Below are positions 36,040-48,765 of a DNA stretch of 64,000 nt, piece by piece. The translations under genes and the position numbers were made by a program. Each line of letters begins with the position of its first letter. The first letter of the stretch is position 1. The notes under the pieces are model-generated. The model did not search any database. It was not told where the DNA came from and was given only the letters and a program-made list of their open reading frames with translations. The stretch comes from Marsupella aquatica (Eukaryota > Plantae > Marchantiophyta): the NCBI GenBank assembly GCA_973895155.1, contig OZ316899.1, positions 2,997,455-3,061,454 on the forward strand. The letters are read 5' to 3'.

Positions 36040-37909
36040 TGAAATGTTACATTTTAGCCAGTTAAGATTAGTAGCAATTAAGCTAATAGTTGAGTTATAG
36101 TTAAGTCAAAATCAAGACTTTAAAGCCTTCACAATGTTAACCCTAGAAACCTCTAGACGAACTTCATTTTTCTAGTCGAGGTTTAGTTTTTGTGATATAG
36201 CGACAACTTTACGGAGATGGAGCAATCTGGAGTCCTCTGTCTGATTGGAGTAACCATTGAAGCTATTTGGGGCATGCATGGTAGCGAGCTAGTTTATGAA
36301 GGATGTGATATTCCCTTGGAAGGTGGGAAAATGTGCGCTTTAGGTCCAAATGCTCGTAGAGCTAGAATGAACAGAGAACACCAGGATGCAGGGTCGTCGA
36401 ATCAAAAGCAAATCAATCATTTTTGTAGAACGGTTGGATCAGGCCAACACCTGTACAATTTCTTTGTGCAAATCAACACTGTTGTGTATCAAGTATGGGA
36501 AGAAGCTGGATGTCAATTGTTTGGAGTGCCCGGTCATGAATTTCACAAGCAACTTGGAACCCAGGAGAGAGACCGTCACCATGTAATGAATGAGTTCTGG
36601 GTAGTGAGAATTGCAGAGAACCGCAGCAAGAGTACTCAACAGATACTGGGATTCCAGAGAATGAGGACTCACCCCACATACCGGCAATCAGAAGCAAGCG
36701 TCAGTGAAACACCAGTAGAACCGGTGGAGGTAGCCATTCAAGCGCTTAACGTTGGAGCCACCGAACCAAAGGACAAACTTTTGACTGATCGTTCCAAAGA
36801 ACGATTAACCGAAAGACAACCAGTTAAGAGATGCACAATCCAGTAGCGAGTAACAGTTAATAGTTACTGTGACAAGTAACGATTAACCTGTGCCTTTAGT
36901 AGAATAAAGCAGTTAGAAAAACTAAATAAGCAGTTTGACAGTTATAACTGCTAATTGTTAGAGTAAGTTGGGCAAACTTGCCCGTAGCAGAAATATAGGG
37001 TAGCAGAGTAGGAATGGGAGAGGTCTTTTGTTGTGGAAACTTTCAGGATCAGAAATCTTGAGAGGCAGCCCAGGAGGAGGTAGTGCCGGATTGCTAGATC
37101 TGGAGGTAGATGGAAGCCCATGGAAGAAAAACCATGTAAAGAAATTGATGTGAAAGATGCAATCAAGGCCTATTGGCAGGAATTCAGGGAGCATTTGATT
37201 GCATAGCTTGTATTTGTTGTATGTCAGTAGAATCAAGACTAAGAAATTGATATTGAAAAAGAGATGGCTGGAAATATTAACCTTTGACAATGGAGAATTC
37301 ATTTGGATTTGGTTGGAACCTATAAAAGGAAATATCAGAATAGTATGGCATGTGGTGATTGAGATTACAAACAGTTAAAGGAATCCTTGCCAAAGTGAAA
37401 TGTTGAGTAATGGATAAGAGGCAACTTCTGAGTGAGATCCAGAGTAGGTAACATGGAATTAGCTACCTCTGATTGGTCGTTTAAATTGGAACACATCCCA
37501 TTTGGGCTACAAAATGCCCCAAATGAATGTAAAGCCCTGATTGAGAGTTGAGTGAGAATTATTAGGCAGGAAGAAGAAGAGTCAGTGTCTGAGGAACTTT
37601 CTACAATGGGTTTGGAAATCCTATTTGAAGAAACCTTAACTGAAAGGGAAAAGAGAAATTGACATTCAATTCAAGTAACAGGCGGAAGATCAAACTAAGA
37701 TAGTTAGATCACTGTCTCGAGTAGTCGTACAGGTCATCACTAATGGTTTGACAAAAAGGTTAAATGGTAGATGACAAGTGAATGAGAAATCGGATCAATT
37801 GAAGCCGTATGATGTTTAATTGATACAAAGAAGGATAGAGGAGGAGTTAGGAGTTCCAGAGGAGGGTTAACTCCACGAGTTGGCAACCAGTCAACTTCAG
37901 CGGTTAACA
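36040..37909 (+). repeat. H 3' LTR (1870 bp)
   Basis: Direct repeat of 7763-9630, followed by TSD ATAAC. Confidence 0.95.
36217..36846 (+). CDS. ORF inside the H LTR (209 aa; open here, broken in the 5' LTR), putative Zn/OB-fold protein
   Basis: ATG start and 209 codons open. The 5' LTR copy has TGA at 8132-8134 where this copy has CAA (36409-36411). Motif spacing matches the cargo ORF at 30164-30787. Confidence 0.55.
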   Translation: MEQSGVLCLIGVTIEAIWGMHGSELVYEGCDIPLEGGKMCALGPNARRARMNREHQDAGSSNQKQINHFCRTVGSGQHLYNFFVQINTVVYQVWEEAGCQLFGVPGHEFHKQLGTQERDRHHVMNEFWVVRIAENRSKSTQQILGFQRMRTHPTYRQSEASVSETPVEPVEVAIQALNVGATEPKDKLLTDRSKERLTERQPVKRCTIQ

Positions 37910-38291
37910 ATAACGATAGTATTTAGGTAGCCATTATGAGTAGGAAATAATTAGTCAATAAGGGGCGTTCGTGTTTGGGCTGGCGGCGGGTTGCCATTCA
38001 CACGCCCGGGTTGCAAGCGTGTAATGGGCCCTCCCCTTTCCCCCTCGGGTCCGTATAACGAACTTTGGGAGGCGGCCACTGACATGCGCTGACCCGGACT
38101 GGCGGAGTGGCCAGTACACTACAAGCGTGAAAGGCTCGGCCTATAAGCAATGAGGAGGCGACGGGCGATCAACGAGCTCTCAGGGTATAAAAAGGGGGCC
38201 AATCCTTTGCAGTGCACCAGTTCTTCAGTCCACGCGGCAGCTTCGACCCTAGTTCTCTCGCTTATCTTTAGTCGCCTTCCATCTCCTCTAA

Positions 38292-41195
38292 ATGTCGCAT
38301 GCAATCCTTTCCAGTTTGGCCATACGATTCTGGACGCAATTCCTATCTATCAGAGGGCACTTGGCCGACTTGTTGAAACACGCCAACCCGCGACAATACG
38401 AGATCGAACGCGAATATGAGAGAGCCATCCGCCTAGCAGGCTGCCATCACTATCTCCTTAACTTTGATTACCCATCCCAGAGCGAGCTTTACCGATCCGA
38501 AGAAATATCAGGGTACTTCTTCAACGGAGGCAAATATATCGGCTTCTAGGAGGCATTGCTTTGGCTCCCGGACGAGGTCTTCAATATCCCGGGCATGATT
38601 GACTTACAGTGGCACCACTTTGACCACATCCCTGCTTGGGTCCGGGACATCATCAACAGCCAGTCCAGCGCTACCCAGTCTACGAGGGCGTCTACACTTG
38701 CATCAGAAAACCTCTACCGGCACCTACAGAATTTCATGGCAACTACACCATCGACCACCGATGCCAGCCTAGCCATGCTCGTACCCGCACCAGCCCAGGC
38801 TCAGGCTCAGTCTCAGCCTCAACCTAGCCAGTCCCCACCGCCGATCGCCCCGCCAGTACAAGTACGCTCCATCGTCAACGCTATGGACCTCAGCGATGAC
38901 AAAGACGATACCTTACCCCTGCTCAGGCGGCCTAGAGGAGCAAGCACCCAGGGAGCCGGCACTACATCGCCCCTTCCCCAGGCCCGGACCCGAGTAGCGG
39001 CTCCAAAGGATAACACGGTGACCGTAGCCTCCCCGGCCCCAATACTAACGGTGGTGGCACAACCCATACCCGATCGGTAGGATGGGGAGGTGTCACCCTC
39101 CCCGAGCCATCACGGGAGCCAGTCTCAAGGAAAGAAGAGGAAGGAACCCATAGCTGTATCCGGGCTACCGTTGGCCACGGTAGCCGCGGCCAAGGTAACA
39201 ATGCACCGCATGGGGGAAAATGTGCATAAGAACATCCTCCACCCCAAATATGCGGTGTACTTGAAGACTCAGGGGTTTGAGCACCTTGCCTCTCTCCCCT
39301 GGAACACTTGCAGATACTACAAGGAGGACATGACGGAGTTCGTCAAGAATTATGACGATGTCCGTCAGCATACTCGGCTGCGGGGGAGGAATATGTCCCT
39401 CACAGAGGAGCGGCTCAGGATGATCTTTGGGCTACCCAAGGGCGATCACCGTGTCGAATCACGGACTCTCGGGGGCAAGGGAGCCAAGTACCAATCCTCG
39501 AGTTTTCCCTCCAAGGGGTCAGTGGACAACGGGTTTGTGATGAGGACCTGCCTCATCCCCGAGATAGCTGAGCGGCTGGAGTTCCAAAGGTACGCCCTCC
39601 ACATGATGGAACCCCGAGGCGAGATCTCCGCTGCCCAGGTTATCCAGGTCGAGAACTATCAACCTAGGAAGTGGGCTTCATACTTTGCTAAGAAGTTCCA
39701 TGAAGAGATGGAGCGGCGAAGGAAGTTGCTATACATTGGCGGGAAGGTGTATTTCACAAGCCACATCAAGATCATTCTTGAGTGGTACGCCCGGTTTGAC
39801 CCACGAACCCTTCCCCGGGTCAATGTAACTAAGTTGGTCCCGACTAAGTGGATCTTCCCGGCCTTGGAGAGATGGCCTCAACCCGAGGCCCAAAGTCTAG
39901 CGGCAATGCAGGCCTCACCCATCCAACCTCCACACGTAGCGGTAGCCATGGCCGAAGAAGTACCAGAAGAGGCAGTGATTGCAACCTTAGACGCGATCAA
40001 CCAGGCTGGGCCTGGTGCAGAGGTCAGGGCAGTGGAGGCCTTGCCCGAGCCCGAGGGTCTAGAAGACCCACCAGTGGCTATTCTAGAGGACAGCCCGATG
40101 GTGGAGGAGGACACTCCAGCCCCTTCCAACACTACATCCCCAGGGCTGGATGTCACTACCCCGGCTCCCACCGAGTTAACGTCTGCCCGTGCCCAACTCC
40201 AGATGGGCACAACCTGGACCACCTGGAACTCTTTGTACCGGGTACATTTCTAAATGGTTTTTTACTTTTTATAAACTTACGCCGCGTTTTCGATTCAAAA
40301 AAGATGGTTTTTTCATGGAATAGAAAATGCTGTTTTTTTCCTTAGCTTCACAGGGTCCTACAAAAGGTCGAAGGCCGGAAATGGCTCGTGGATTGATTTG
40401 ATTCCCGCGCACTTATTTATCGGCCGGGACCCGCGGTAGAGGCCGGTAGGTCCATTTTTCTGTTTTATAGAAAAAGGGCCGGGCACTGCCAGACAAAGAA
40501 AGGGATGATTCTGATAAGTTTTTGGAAAGCTTTTGGGGGATTTCTCCCAACAAATAGCTCGGGATACCGGGGAGTTCATGGCTTGGAAGGTAGCCTACTT
40601 CTTCAATCAGGAGTTGGTTACCGTAGTAAAGGTAGGTCGGGCTCAGTCGAAGGCCCTTCAATGGATAGAGTGGTACCGGGTTGAGTCCGTGTACCTAAAG
40701 GATGAAGTTGCGGCTCAAGAAGATGAGCTTCTGCAACTACGACCCAAGGTTGCAGCCACCGATGAGTTGTTAGCAAATGCGCATGCCCTTACCGCCTTAG
40801 CTGAACAGGCCAAAGCCAAGGAGGCCAAGATTGTACGGCTCCAGACCCAGGTTGACAGTTTGAAGAACAAAATTGTCATCTGGCAGAAAGACCTAGAGGG
40901 GGCCAAAGAGTGGGCCCAACGTCACACTACGAAGATTGCCACCCTGCAGGCCAAAGTGGCACGGCTTCAAGCCGAAGCCGAGAAACAGACCCAGGTGGTG
41001 GACAAGTTGACGAGCAATGCCCAGCAACTGGAAGAGGCATGCCAAGAGGCACCTGAGGAGACGGACGCGGCAAAGCAAGAAAACAAATCTCTGCTGGACC
41101 AAGTCCAGCTCCTCAAGGCGGACAATGACAGACTCCATAGGCAGCGGGATGGCCGCTCCCACTCGGACGGCTCTGGCAAGCGCACCAGACATTAG
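38292..41195 (+). pseudogene. Accessory ORF inside the candidate LTR of E (PMD-like plus coiled coil), with stops and an AT-rich interruption at ~40240-40560
   Basis: Pieces 38292-38549, 38556-39080, 39090-40253 and 40533-41195 are in one frame. GFEHLASLPW...MTEFVKNY...LTEERLRMIFGLP...NGFVMRTC...KWA matches the family pattern. Confidence 0.75.
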
Positions 41196-42083
41196 CGAAG
41201 GGTTAGGCTTAGAATAGACTTAGGAGTAGCTAAAATAGGCTGGTAGGACAAGTGTCGGCCAGAAGATAGCGGCGCTGACACATTAGCCAGCCTGTGTAGA
41301 ATAGGTTAGACTAATAGGACAAGCAGGCACCAGCTTAGCAAGGATATAAGTTAGCATAGATTCGAGCACGAGTCCAAGCCGGTCCTCAGCCCTTAGTATT
41401 TAGCGGCCCCCCAGTAGAGGTTACGGGAGGGGGATTTTAGACTCAGAGGTTGGCCATTCGTAGTACGCGCGGGGAGTCCCGAACTTGGTGAAGTGCCGGA
41501 GTACCAAGGGGAGGGTATACGACTAAGCTTGTTGGGCGAGTGCGGAGCCGGGCTCCGTTGTAGTGTATACTCCTCGGCCTTGGGCCCGTTCATTCACAAG
41601 GTGTCGGGTCAACCAATCGTAAAGTGTATGATCATAAATGAATGAAATCCTTTCCCCTTAATTCCTTTGTGTAAATCGAGATTTTTGTTATGTATGAATA
41701 CATGTATGAGTCTTGTGTGCAAGTATCAACGCCGGGCCAAACACGTTATGCCAACCGTGCACGGGGTGCCCAATACGGGTACGGGGTTGCGAGCCCGGGT
41801 TGAGCCCTTGTACTAATGGATCCGGATTGAAGGCGGTAACACAAAGGCTTAGAAGTTCATGAGCCAGGGTCGACCCCGTGTCGACTAAGGTACGTTCTGG
41901 CGATGGAACACAAACTATACCTAGGAGGTGTCTGTACATAATAGTAAGCGCACTTAGCGCTAGTTTACGTGAGTTAGGAGCATTTTGTGCGTCCCTCCCT
42001 GCCCGAACCCTCATATTTACGAAGGATGTGCCTGTCTAAGCCAAAGCCTGGGTTAATGCCTAGGCTGACGACGTGACATAGCC

Positions 42084-42109
42084 TTTTTTTTGGCGCTAGA
42101 TGGAAGGGG
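42084..42109 (+). promoter_or_regulatory. E primer-binding site
   Basis: T-run plus TGGCGCTAGATGGAAGGGG, 5 bp after the ...GTGACA end and ~100 bp before gag. Confidence 0.7.
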
Positions 42110-42206
42110 CACTCTACGTGTAGTAGAGGGGAGACATGTGCGAATGCACTAGGGCGAGGTACACCAGTCCCCAATTTGTTACTAACCATTGTCATTATAC
42201 GAGTAG

Positions 42207-43709
42207 ATGCCCGTCACCCAATCTCAAGCCGCTTACTTGAGAAGATTCACCAGCAAACGAGAGAGTGCGGCCACAACAAGCTCCGAATCCTCGAGCTTGG
42301 AGGATTTACTATCGCCTCGACGAATGAACATACCATCGGGACCTTCGGGGTCCGGACCATCCGGTCCTGCTCTGGTCCCTGCTGCGCCACCGCTAGCAGT
42401 ACCAATGGCAACAGCCCCACCGGCTATGGCCCGCACTGCCCAAGTTCCCCCACAAGTATCGCATCGGTCACGGTTTCATTATTGACCTTTCAAAGGGCAT
42501 CATGGGGACGATCCGGATGAATGGTTGGATGAATTTGAAGCCATTGCTAAGGCCAATGGGGAAGATGCCATTAAGCTAACCATCCTCCCCAGTGTGATGC
42601 GGGGAGAGGCTTGTCCATGGTACAACTCGCTGCCACCCGGGACCACATGGGCACAATTCCAAGTTGCGTTGCTGCAAGAGTTTTGTGCCATTGGATCGGA
42701 GCAGCGGTCTTTATTAAAAATCGGTCAGCTTTGCATGGGAAAGAAGGAATCCTTGCAAAAGTTCATTCAGAATTTTCATAAACTTGTTGCCAAGATCCGG
42801 CCAAGGCCAAGGGATGCGCTCCAGCTTACGTGGTTTCTCCACGGTTTGCCCACGAATATGCAATTTTGGGTGCGCCAAAATAACCCAATTTCAATGCAAG
42901 CGGCCATAGCGTGCGCCAAAACCTACCGAGAATCCACTTATAACTCTCGGCAAAGTCAACGGGCACGCCGACAGAAGGGCAAATACAAAACCTTCAGTGA
43001 TAGTGACTCCGAATCGGACGATAAGAAGAAGAAGAAACGCAAGAAGAAGAAGAAGAAACATCGTTCGACCTCGTCTAGTTTGGAGACGGAATCTAGTTTG
43101 GATTCGACTTTGACCAGCGGATCCTCCACTTCCAACTCATCGGGGAGTGATTCAGAGAGTGAGAGCCAGAGCAAGAAGAAGAAGAGGCAAGCTAAGAAGG
43201 AAGAGAAGGTCAAGCCTCGTGTTCGACGAACACTCCCCAATCCAAAGGCCGCTGAAGCAGACAAGCTCAATGAAATTATGGATCGTCTCAAAGCATTGTC
43301 GGTACACCTTGCAGACAAGCCCGTGGAGAAAAAGAAACCTTCCAAGACCCGAGTACACGCATGGTGCTCCAAGTGTTTCCAATCCGGTCACGTGGTGCAA
43401 GAATGCCCGCGATGGAAGAATAGGGTCCATCAGGTGGAATTGGAGGACGCTAACAACCCGGGGCCAGAACCGGAGTCCACCGAGTACTTCTTCAAAGATG
43501 CCACAGATTTTGTCTACCAGATTTCCACGATGGGTCCACGCAACTTAGCTGATAGAACGGCTTACCCTTACCCAAACAATGGCAGGAATGTCCAGGTTAT
43601 CAGTAACCCGAGCATTCCTCCTAAACCCGAGATTTGGCGATCCCCAATTTTTTACAACTGTGAGAAGCCGAGTCACTTTGCCAGGGAATGCACCAAGCCA
43701 AGACGGTAG
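42207..43709 (+). pseudogene. gag: E gag with a Lys/Ser low-complexity tract and Zn knuckles
   Basis: WLDEFEAIAKANG...ACPWYNSLP...F...F; CSKCFQSGHVVQEC; a second, degenerate knuckle NCEKPSHFAREC; N-terminal frameshift. Confidence 0.85.
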
Positions 43710-44400
43710 GGAGATGGTCGGGGCACTCCACTATGTCAAGTTTGCAAAATTGAGGCCCACTCCACGGCCAATTTCCCCTTGGTGATCGCTGCCCGAGCAA
43801 GTGCAGCCAGGCCGGCCCTGGGAGGTCCTGCTACTAACGATGCCATCATACAAATGCTCACTGTAGAATGGCAAGATGATACCACAGAATGGGTGAACCT
43901 GGTGGATGTGGGGGAACACCCGAACCCGTCGGACAAAGTTGAGTGCTACCGCGTGGCGACATGCACCAAACGAAAGCAAGAGAAACAGGAAGAGAAGCGT
44001 CAGAAGAAGCAAGATATGACCCCAGTGCAGCCAGCAGTAGAAATCTCCCCAGAGGAGGATGACGACTACCGACGAGACAACCCAAAGCTATTCTTCCCCC
44101 GTATCGAAGAATTGGTTAAGAAGCAGTTGGAGGCTTATGAAGCACGCGAATACTAGAAGGCTATCGACAAGGATATCAAAGCAGCTGAAGCCGCCCAACG
44201 ACAAGAGTGGGAGAAGCAACAAGAGGAAGCCCAACGACGTCCCAAGGAAGAGAAGGAGGACTACGATATCCGGCAAGACATAAAAAGTTGCCTGGTCATG
44301 GCAACAGTAGGGCAATTACTGCACAATAATCCTCAGTATCGACAGCAATTGAGGCAGTTTACTCACGGGTCGACGATGAAGGCGGCTACCATGGGTAGGG

Positions 44401-46985
44401 ATGGCAGATTGCAACATGATCTACGAAGACCTAGAGGCGCCGGACATATCTATTGAGATAAACAATTGCACCATTAAGATGGTCCTGGTCAATGGTGGCG
44501 AGGGAGTCAACATCATGACTGAAGAAACGTTGATCAAGCTGGGATATCTCACGTATCAACCCACTGCCCAAGCCATTCGATTAGCTAATGGGGCACAGGT
44601 CCTTCCTTTGGGCACGCTCACACGGGTGCTCACTCTTATAGGGGGCGTTGAGTTCTACCTCAACTTCCTAGTCATGAGACCGGTGAGACCATCCTCTTAT
44701 CCAATTCTGCTAGGGAGGCCATGGCTGTATGGGGGCAACGTAGTCATGGATTGGGGAAAGAAAGAGTTGAGATTCGGGACACCCACCGTGCGAGTGTCAT
44801 GGGCCTTGGATGACTATCAGGGAGAGACACCTCAGGGGCCAAAGGGATATGATTCAGAGACCTCGGAGGAAGAAGAGCTCAACATGATAGAGCTCATTTC
44901 ATCTCTTTCCGAGGAAGATGTTTTTGGAATAGAGGCAACACAAGACACCCATCTCATGAACTACCCAAAGGAAGACACGTGCGACCTCAACCCAAATTCC
45001 TCTAACCTCTCGACTAAGGTGCAGCCCGCCCAAAGTCTCAGCCCAAAGGACACACAGAATGTAGCTCCAGCTAAGCTGGGAGCTGAAGCCATTATGCATA
45101 CCATCAACCCCTCAGGAAGCGAGGCCACCATGACCTCAGCCAAAGCCAAGATTTTGGGGTCCAAGCAAAGGAAGCAAGTATCCTAGGACCCTTCTATCCC
45201 GATGAAAGAAGACGCGGTCGCAGCACCAAAGTCAAACCCTACCCCGCCAATGTACGGAGGAGTCCGCTTAGCAGAGCTAGACACTAGCCTGGACCCGGGC
45301 TTGCGTAATCAAGTAGAAGTCATCAAGAAGGAGCACTACTGGAAGTACACCACGAGGATGGATAAGATGTTCAACTTAGGCCACGCCTTGACGGGTGAGG
45401 CCAAGAAATCCATTCAGTCATTGCTCAAGGAGTACAAGGATGTGTTCGCATGGAGCCATCATGACCTGACGGGTGTCTCTCCCAAGCTAGGAGAACACAC
45501 AATCAACCTGAACCTAGGTGCACACGCGGTACGGTAGTCCCAGCAACGTATAAACCCAAGATATTCAATCTTGGTGAAAGAAGAGATCGATCGTTTACTG
45601 GCCGCGGATATCATTTACCTGGTAATGGCAAGTGATTGGGTATCTCCCATTGTCATCGTGCCGAAAAAGGGAGGCACGGAAGGGAAGCCCAAAATCCGCA
45701 TCTGTCAAGATTATTGTAAGCTGAACGATGCTACCCAAAAGGACCATTACCCGTTACCATTCACGGATATGGTTTTGGATATGGTAGCCCGGAATGAAAT
45801 CTATACCTTCCTTGATGGCTATTTGGGCTACAACCAGATTTGGATCTGCCTCTTGGATCAGCTAAAAACCACATTCACTACCGAGTGGGGGACATTCGCA
45901 TTTTGGAGGATGCCGTTTGGGCTGTGTAACGCCCCGACTATGTTCCAGCGACTCATGATGAATATTTTCCATGATTTCCTATGGGAGTTTTTGGATATAT
46001 TTATCAATGACTTTGCCATCTTTGGAACTGTGGCCATGCACCCCAAACACCTACGACGTACTCTACAGCGATGCCGGGAGGTTAACCTTAAGCTCCACCT
46101 GGGCAAGTGTTTAATTGGGGTAGAAGAGGGAGTGTTGCTTGGCCATCGGGTATCCAGATGGGGTATTGAAGTGGACCAGGAGAAGGTAGCAGCCTAGATG
46201 GCAGTAGTGTTTCCCATGGATCAAAAAGATGTAAGGTCTTTTCTAGGCTATGTCGGGTACTATCGCCGGTTCATTAAAGACTTTGCTAGAATTGCATTGC
46301 CCTTAATTGAGATGATGAAGAAGGATGCGTTGATCAAGGAGACACCCCGAAGACCGATTGCTTTTGAAGAACTCCGTAAACGACTCACCACCGCACCTAT
46401 CATGGTCACCCCAGACTGGAACAAGGAATTCCATGTGTATGTCGACGTGTCCGGGTTCTGTATCGGGTCCGTGCTCAGTCAGCTTGATGAGAATGGACGT
46501 GACCACCCCATCTACTTCGCTAGCCGTCAACTATTCGCAGCCGAGAAAAACTATTCTCCCACTGATCGAGAAGCTCTGGGTATTATCTACTCATGTAAGA
46601 AGTTCTGACACTATCTGCTCGACTATAAGGTCATATTCCACACAGATCATGATACCCTGAAGTACATGGTCAACAAAGCAGATGTCATGGGAAGGATAGC
46701 CCGGTGGGTGTTACTAATGCAAGAGTTTAATTATGAAGTACGGGTTCGACCCGGGAAGGCACACCTCAATGTTGATTTCTTTTCAAGACTGGATGGAGTA
46801 CCAGTCGGGCAACCTATTAACGACACCTTCCCTGATGAGGAATTGTTCCACGTAGGGATGGGAGCGCCAACATGGTATGGGCCAATCATTACGTTCCTTC
46901 TAACTAGACGCATCCCCGACGGCATCAACCAGGAAGCTGCCGCCGTATTTCTCCGAAAGGCGGGGCCATACATCATGATACGGGG
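44401..46985 (+). pseudogene. pol: E pol: protease, RT, RNase H and start of integrase; truncated by I
   Basis: VLVNGGEGVNIM (catalytic D to N), VIVPKKGG...IRICQDY, PFGLCNAPTMFQR, IFIND (D to N), EFHVYVDVS, RWVLLMQEFNY; ends at PYIMIRG. Confidence 0.88.
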
Positions 46986-48464
46986 AGTCGCGGAACTTGA
47001 CTACCTTAACACTTAGCTCCGGCGTCGCTGACTCTGACGCCGAGCTCACTTATGGTCCAGGCCCGGATAGGCCATCCGGGAAGGACTGAGGAGACTTGTG
47101 GGCAATGAGATGTGGCACTGGGGAGGCAAGGGGCCAAGCTGGGGACACACACTAAGGACTTGGACTAGCCTATGGCTGGTCGGGTCAAGGGGAAATGGGC
47201 CGGGCTCAAGGATGGCCGTCCGGACCGTCGGATGGACTTTGAGTTTGGAGGACTTGGGAGTGAGCTCCTCTTGGGCCCAAGGCCAATGGAGTTGACGCCA
47301 TTGGCAATGGACACTTGGGGCGCAAGTTGTGGCCCGATCCGGGTTGGGCCGGTCGGAGGCCCCAAGCGGCGGTCAGAATTGAGGGCCTAGGCATGAGCAC
47401 TGGGTCGGCCTGGTCACAACGGGCTAAGGCACTCCGCTTGCGGATGCCTATCAAGAAAGTTATGGGCGTTGCCAGTTGGTGGCGCACCCATTATGCGCGA
47501 TGGGATCCGGGTTGGGGGCCAAATGTTTAGGGACCAAAGCTGGTCCGGGGGTGACAGGTCTCCAGAAGCATATATGAGGGGAGTGGTGTCTCCCTGGGGG
47601 CTAAGGCTGAGCCGAAGTCGTGAGCCGCGGCGGTCGCGACACTAAGGGAAACCGACAAATGGAAATGACGATATCTCCCCAACGGGAAGTCCGTTGGAGG
47701 ACTTCTTGGGTGCGTTGGAAATCTCTTGAGGAGGGCTACGCCCTCCTAAGCTCAGATGGGTCCGGGAGTGCCATGGGTTCTTGTGGTTTGCGGGTGTTAG
47801 CTCGCCCACTTGCCAAATCCTGCCGAACAGCAGCCAAGCCGCGTTTAGCCTCCCAAGGGAGCTTGTGTTGGGGAGGAAAGGCCAAGTAGGTATGGAGGCT
47901 GAGTCCCAAGGGCGCTTGGTCCCTAGACCATTAGTGGGGCGAACCGGGAGCGGTTGTTAGAATCGGGGCCGTTTTGGTCCCGGCGTGTTGAGACAAGCTT
48001 TAGGACAAGCTACGCTAATTGGGCCATGAGCATGTCCTGAGGTCAGGGCGGTCAGTTGGTGATGGATAGGTACGAGGGGGAACTTGGGCCACGCCCAAGG
48101 AAGGAGCTGTTCTGGACAAACGGTGGGCGTGGGTTGTGGTTCCGGCTTATGGCATCGGGAGGACCTATCGCTGACCTATTTCCCAATGTCTGTTGAACTT
48201 GACTTAGGATGCTAGACTTGTCGAGTTCTAGATCCTGAAGGGTTACTTACCGAGGTGTTTGGTTGCTTGTGCAGATAGGGAGGACCGTTGAGTAGCGGTC
48301 GTGTTAGAGAGCAAGTGCGGCTTTGTATGGGAGAGGCCGTTGGCGGTGCAAGGGGCACTAGGTTACTTGCTCGAGGTATTCCATGGAGGCGTTCGGGCAC
48401 CAAGGGCACTTAGGCGTGAGTGCTGGGATTGGTGAGGGCGCTGGGTGGCAAGGTCCACCACTTG

Positions 48465-48476
48465 TGGTATCAGAGC
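48465..48476 (+). promoter_or_regulatory. I primer-binding site (tRNA-iMet)
   Basis: TGGTATCAGAGC exact match. Confidence 0.92.
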
Positions 48477-48765
48477 GATTGCTGGCATAGACACCGAGCT
48501 GGGGTTGTGCTAAGTCGGAATCCAAAAATCTTAGCGGATTTTTGAGGGGACTTAGTGCTTCAACGTGCCCGGCGGGTCGACTGCGGGCAGATTCGGTCGC
48601 TGGGAACATGGCTAAAAACACTCAATCAAAGAGTGGCAAACAGGCTCCCCCACCAAGGGGAGAACCCAAGTCCAAGATGAACAGAAGGAGGACGGGTTGA
48701 CTTCCTTAGACAAACGTTTTAAGTAGGACAAAGAAGACGCAACAGCCAAACCGTCGACCGCTACG

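Larger units (their letters stand above)
7763..37909 (+). mobile_element. Element H: full-length non-chromovirus-type Ty3/Gypsy LTR retrotransposon (~13.5 kb net of nested C and the TIR element)
   Basis: Two highly similar LTRs, TG...CA ends, 5-bp TSD ATAAC (7758-7762 and 37910-37914), PBS, gag-PR-RT-RH-INT order and a purine-rich tract before the 3' LTR. Confidence 0.93.
7667..42078 (+). mobile_element. Element E candidate 5' LTR (~4260 bp net: 7667-7762 plus 37915-42078), split by insertion H
   Basis: Starts TGTGACATC and ends GACGTGACA (7/9 inverted match). Followed by a T-run plus TGGCGCTAG PBS-like site and then gag. The left end is tentative because no second LTR is in the window. Confidence 0.6.
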
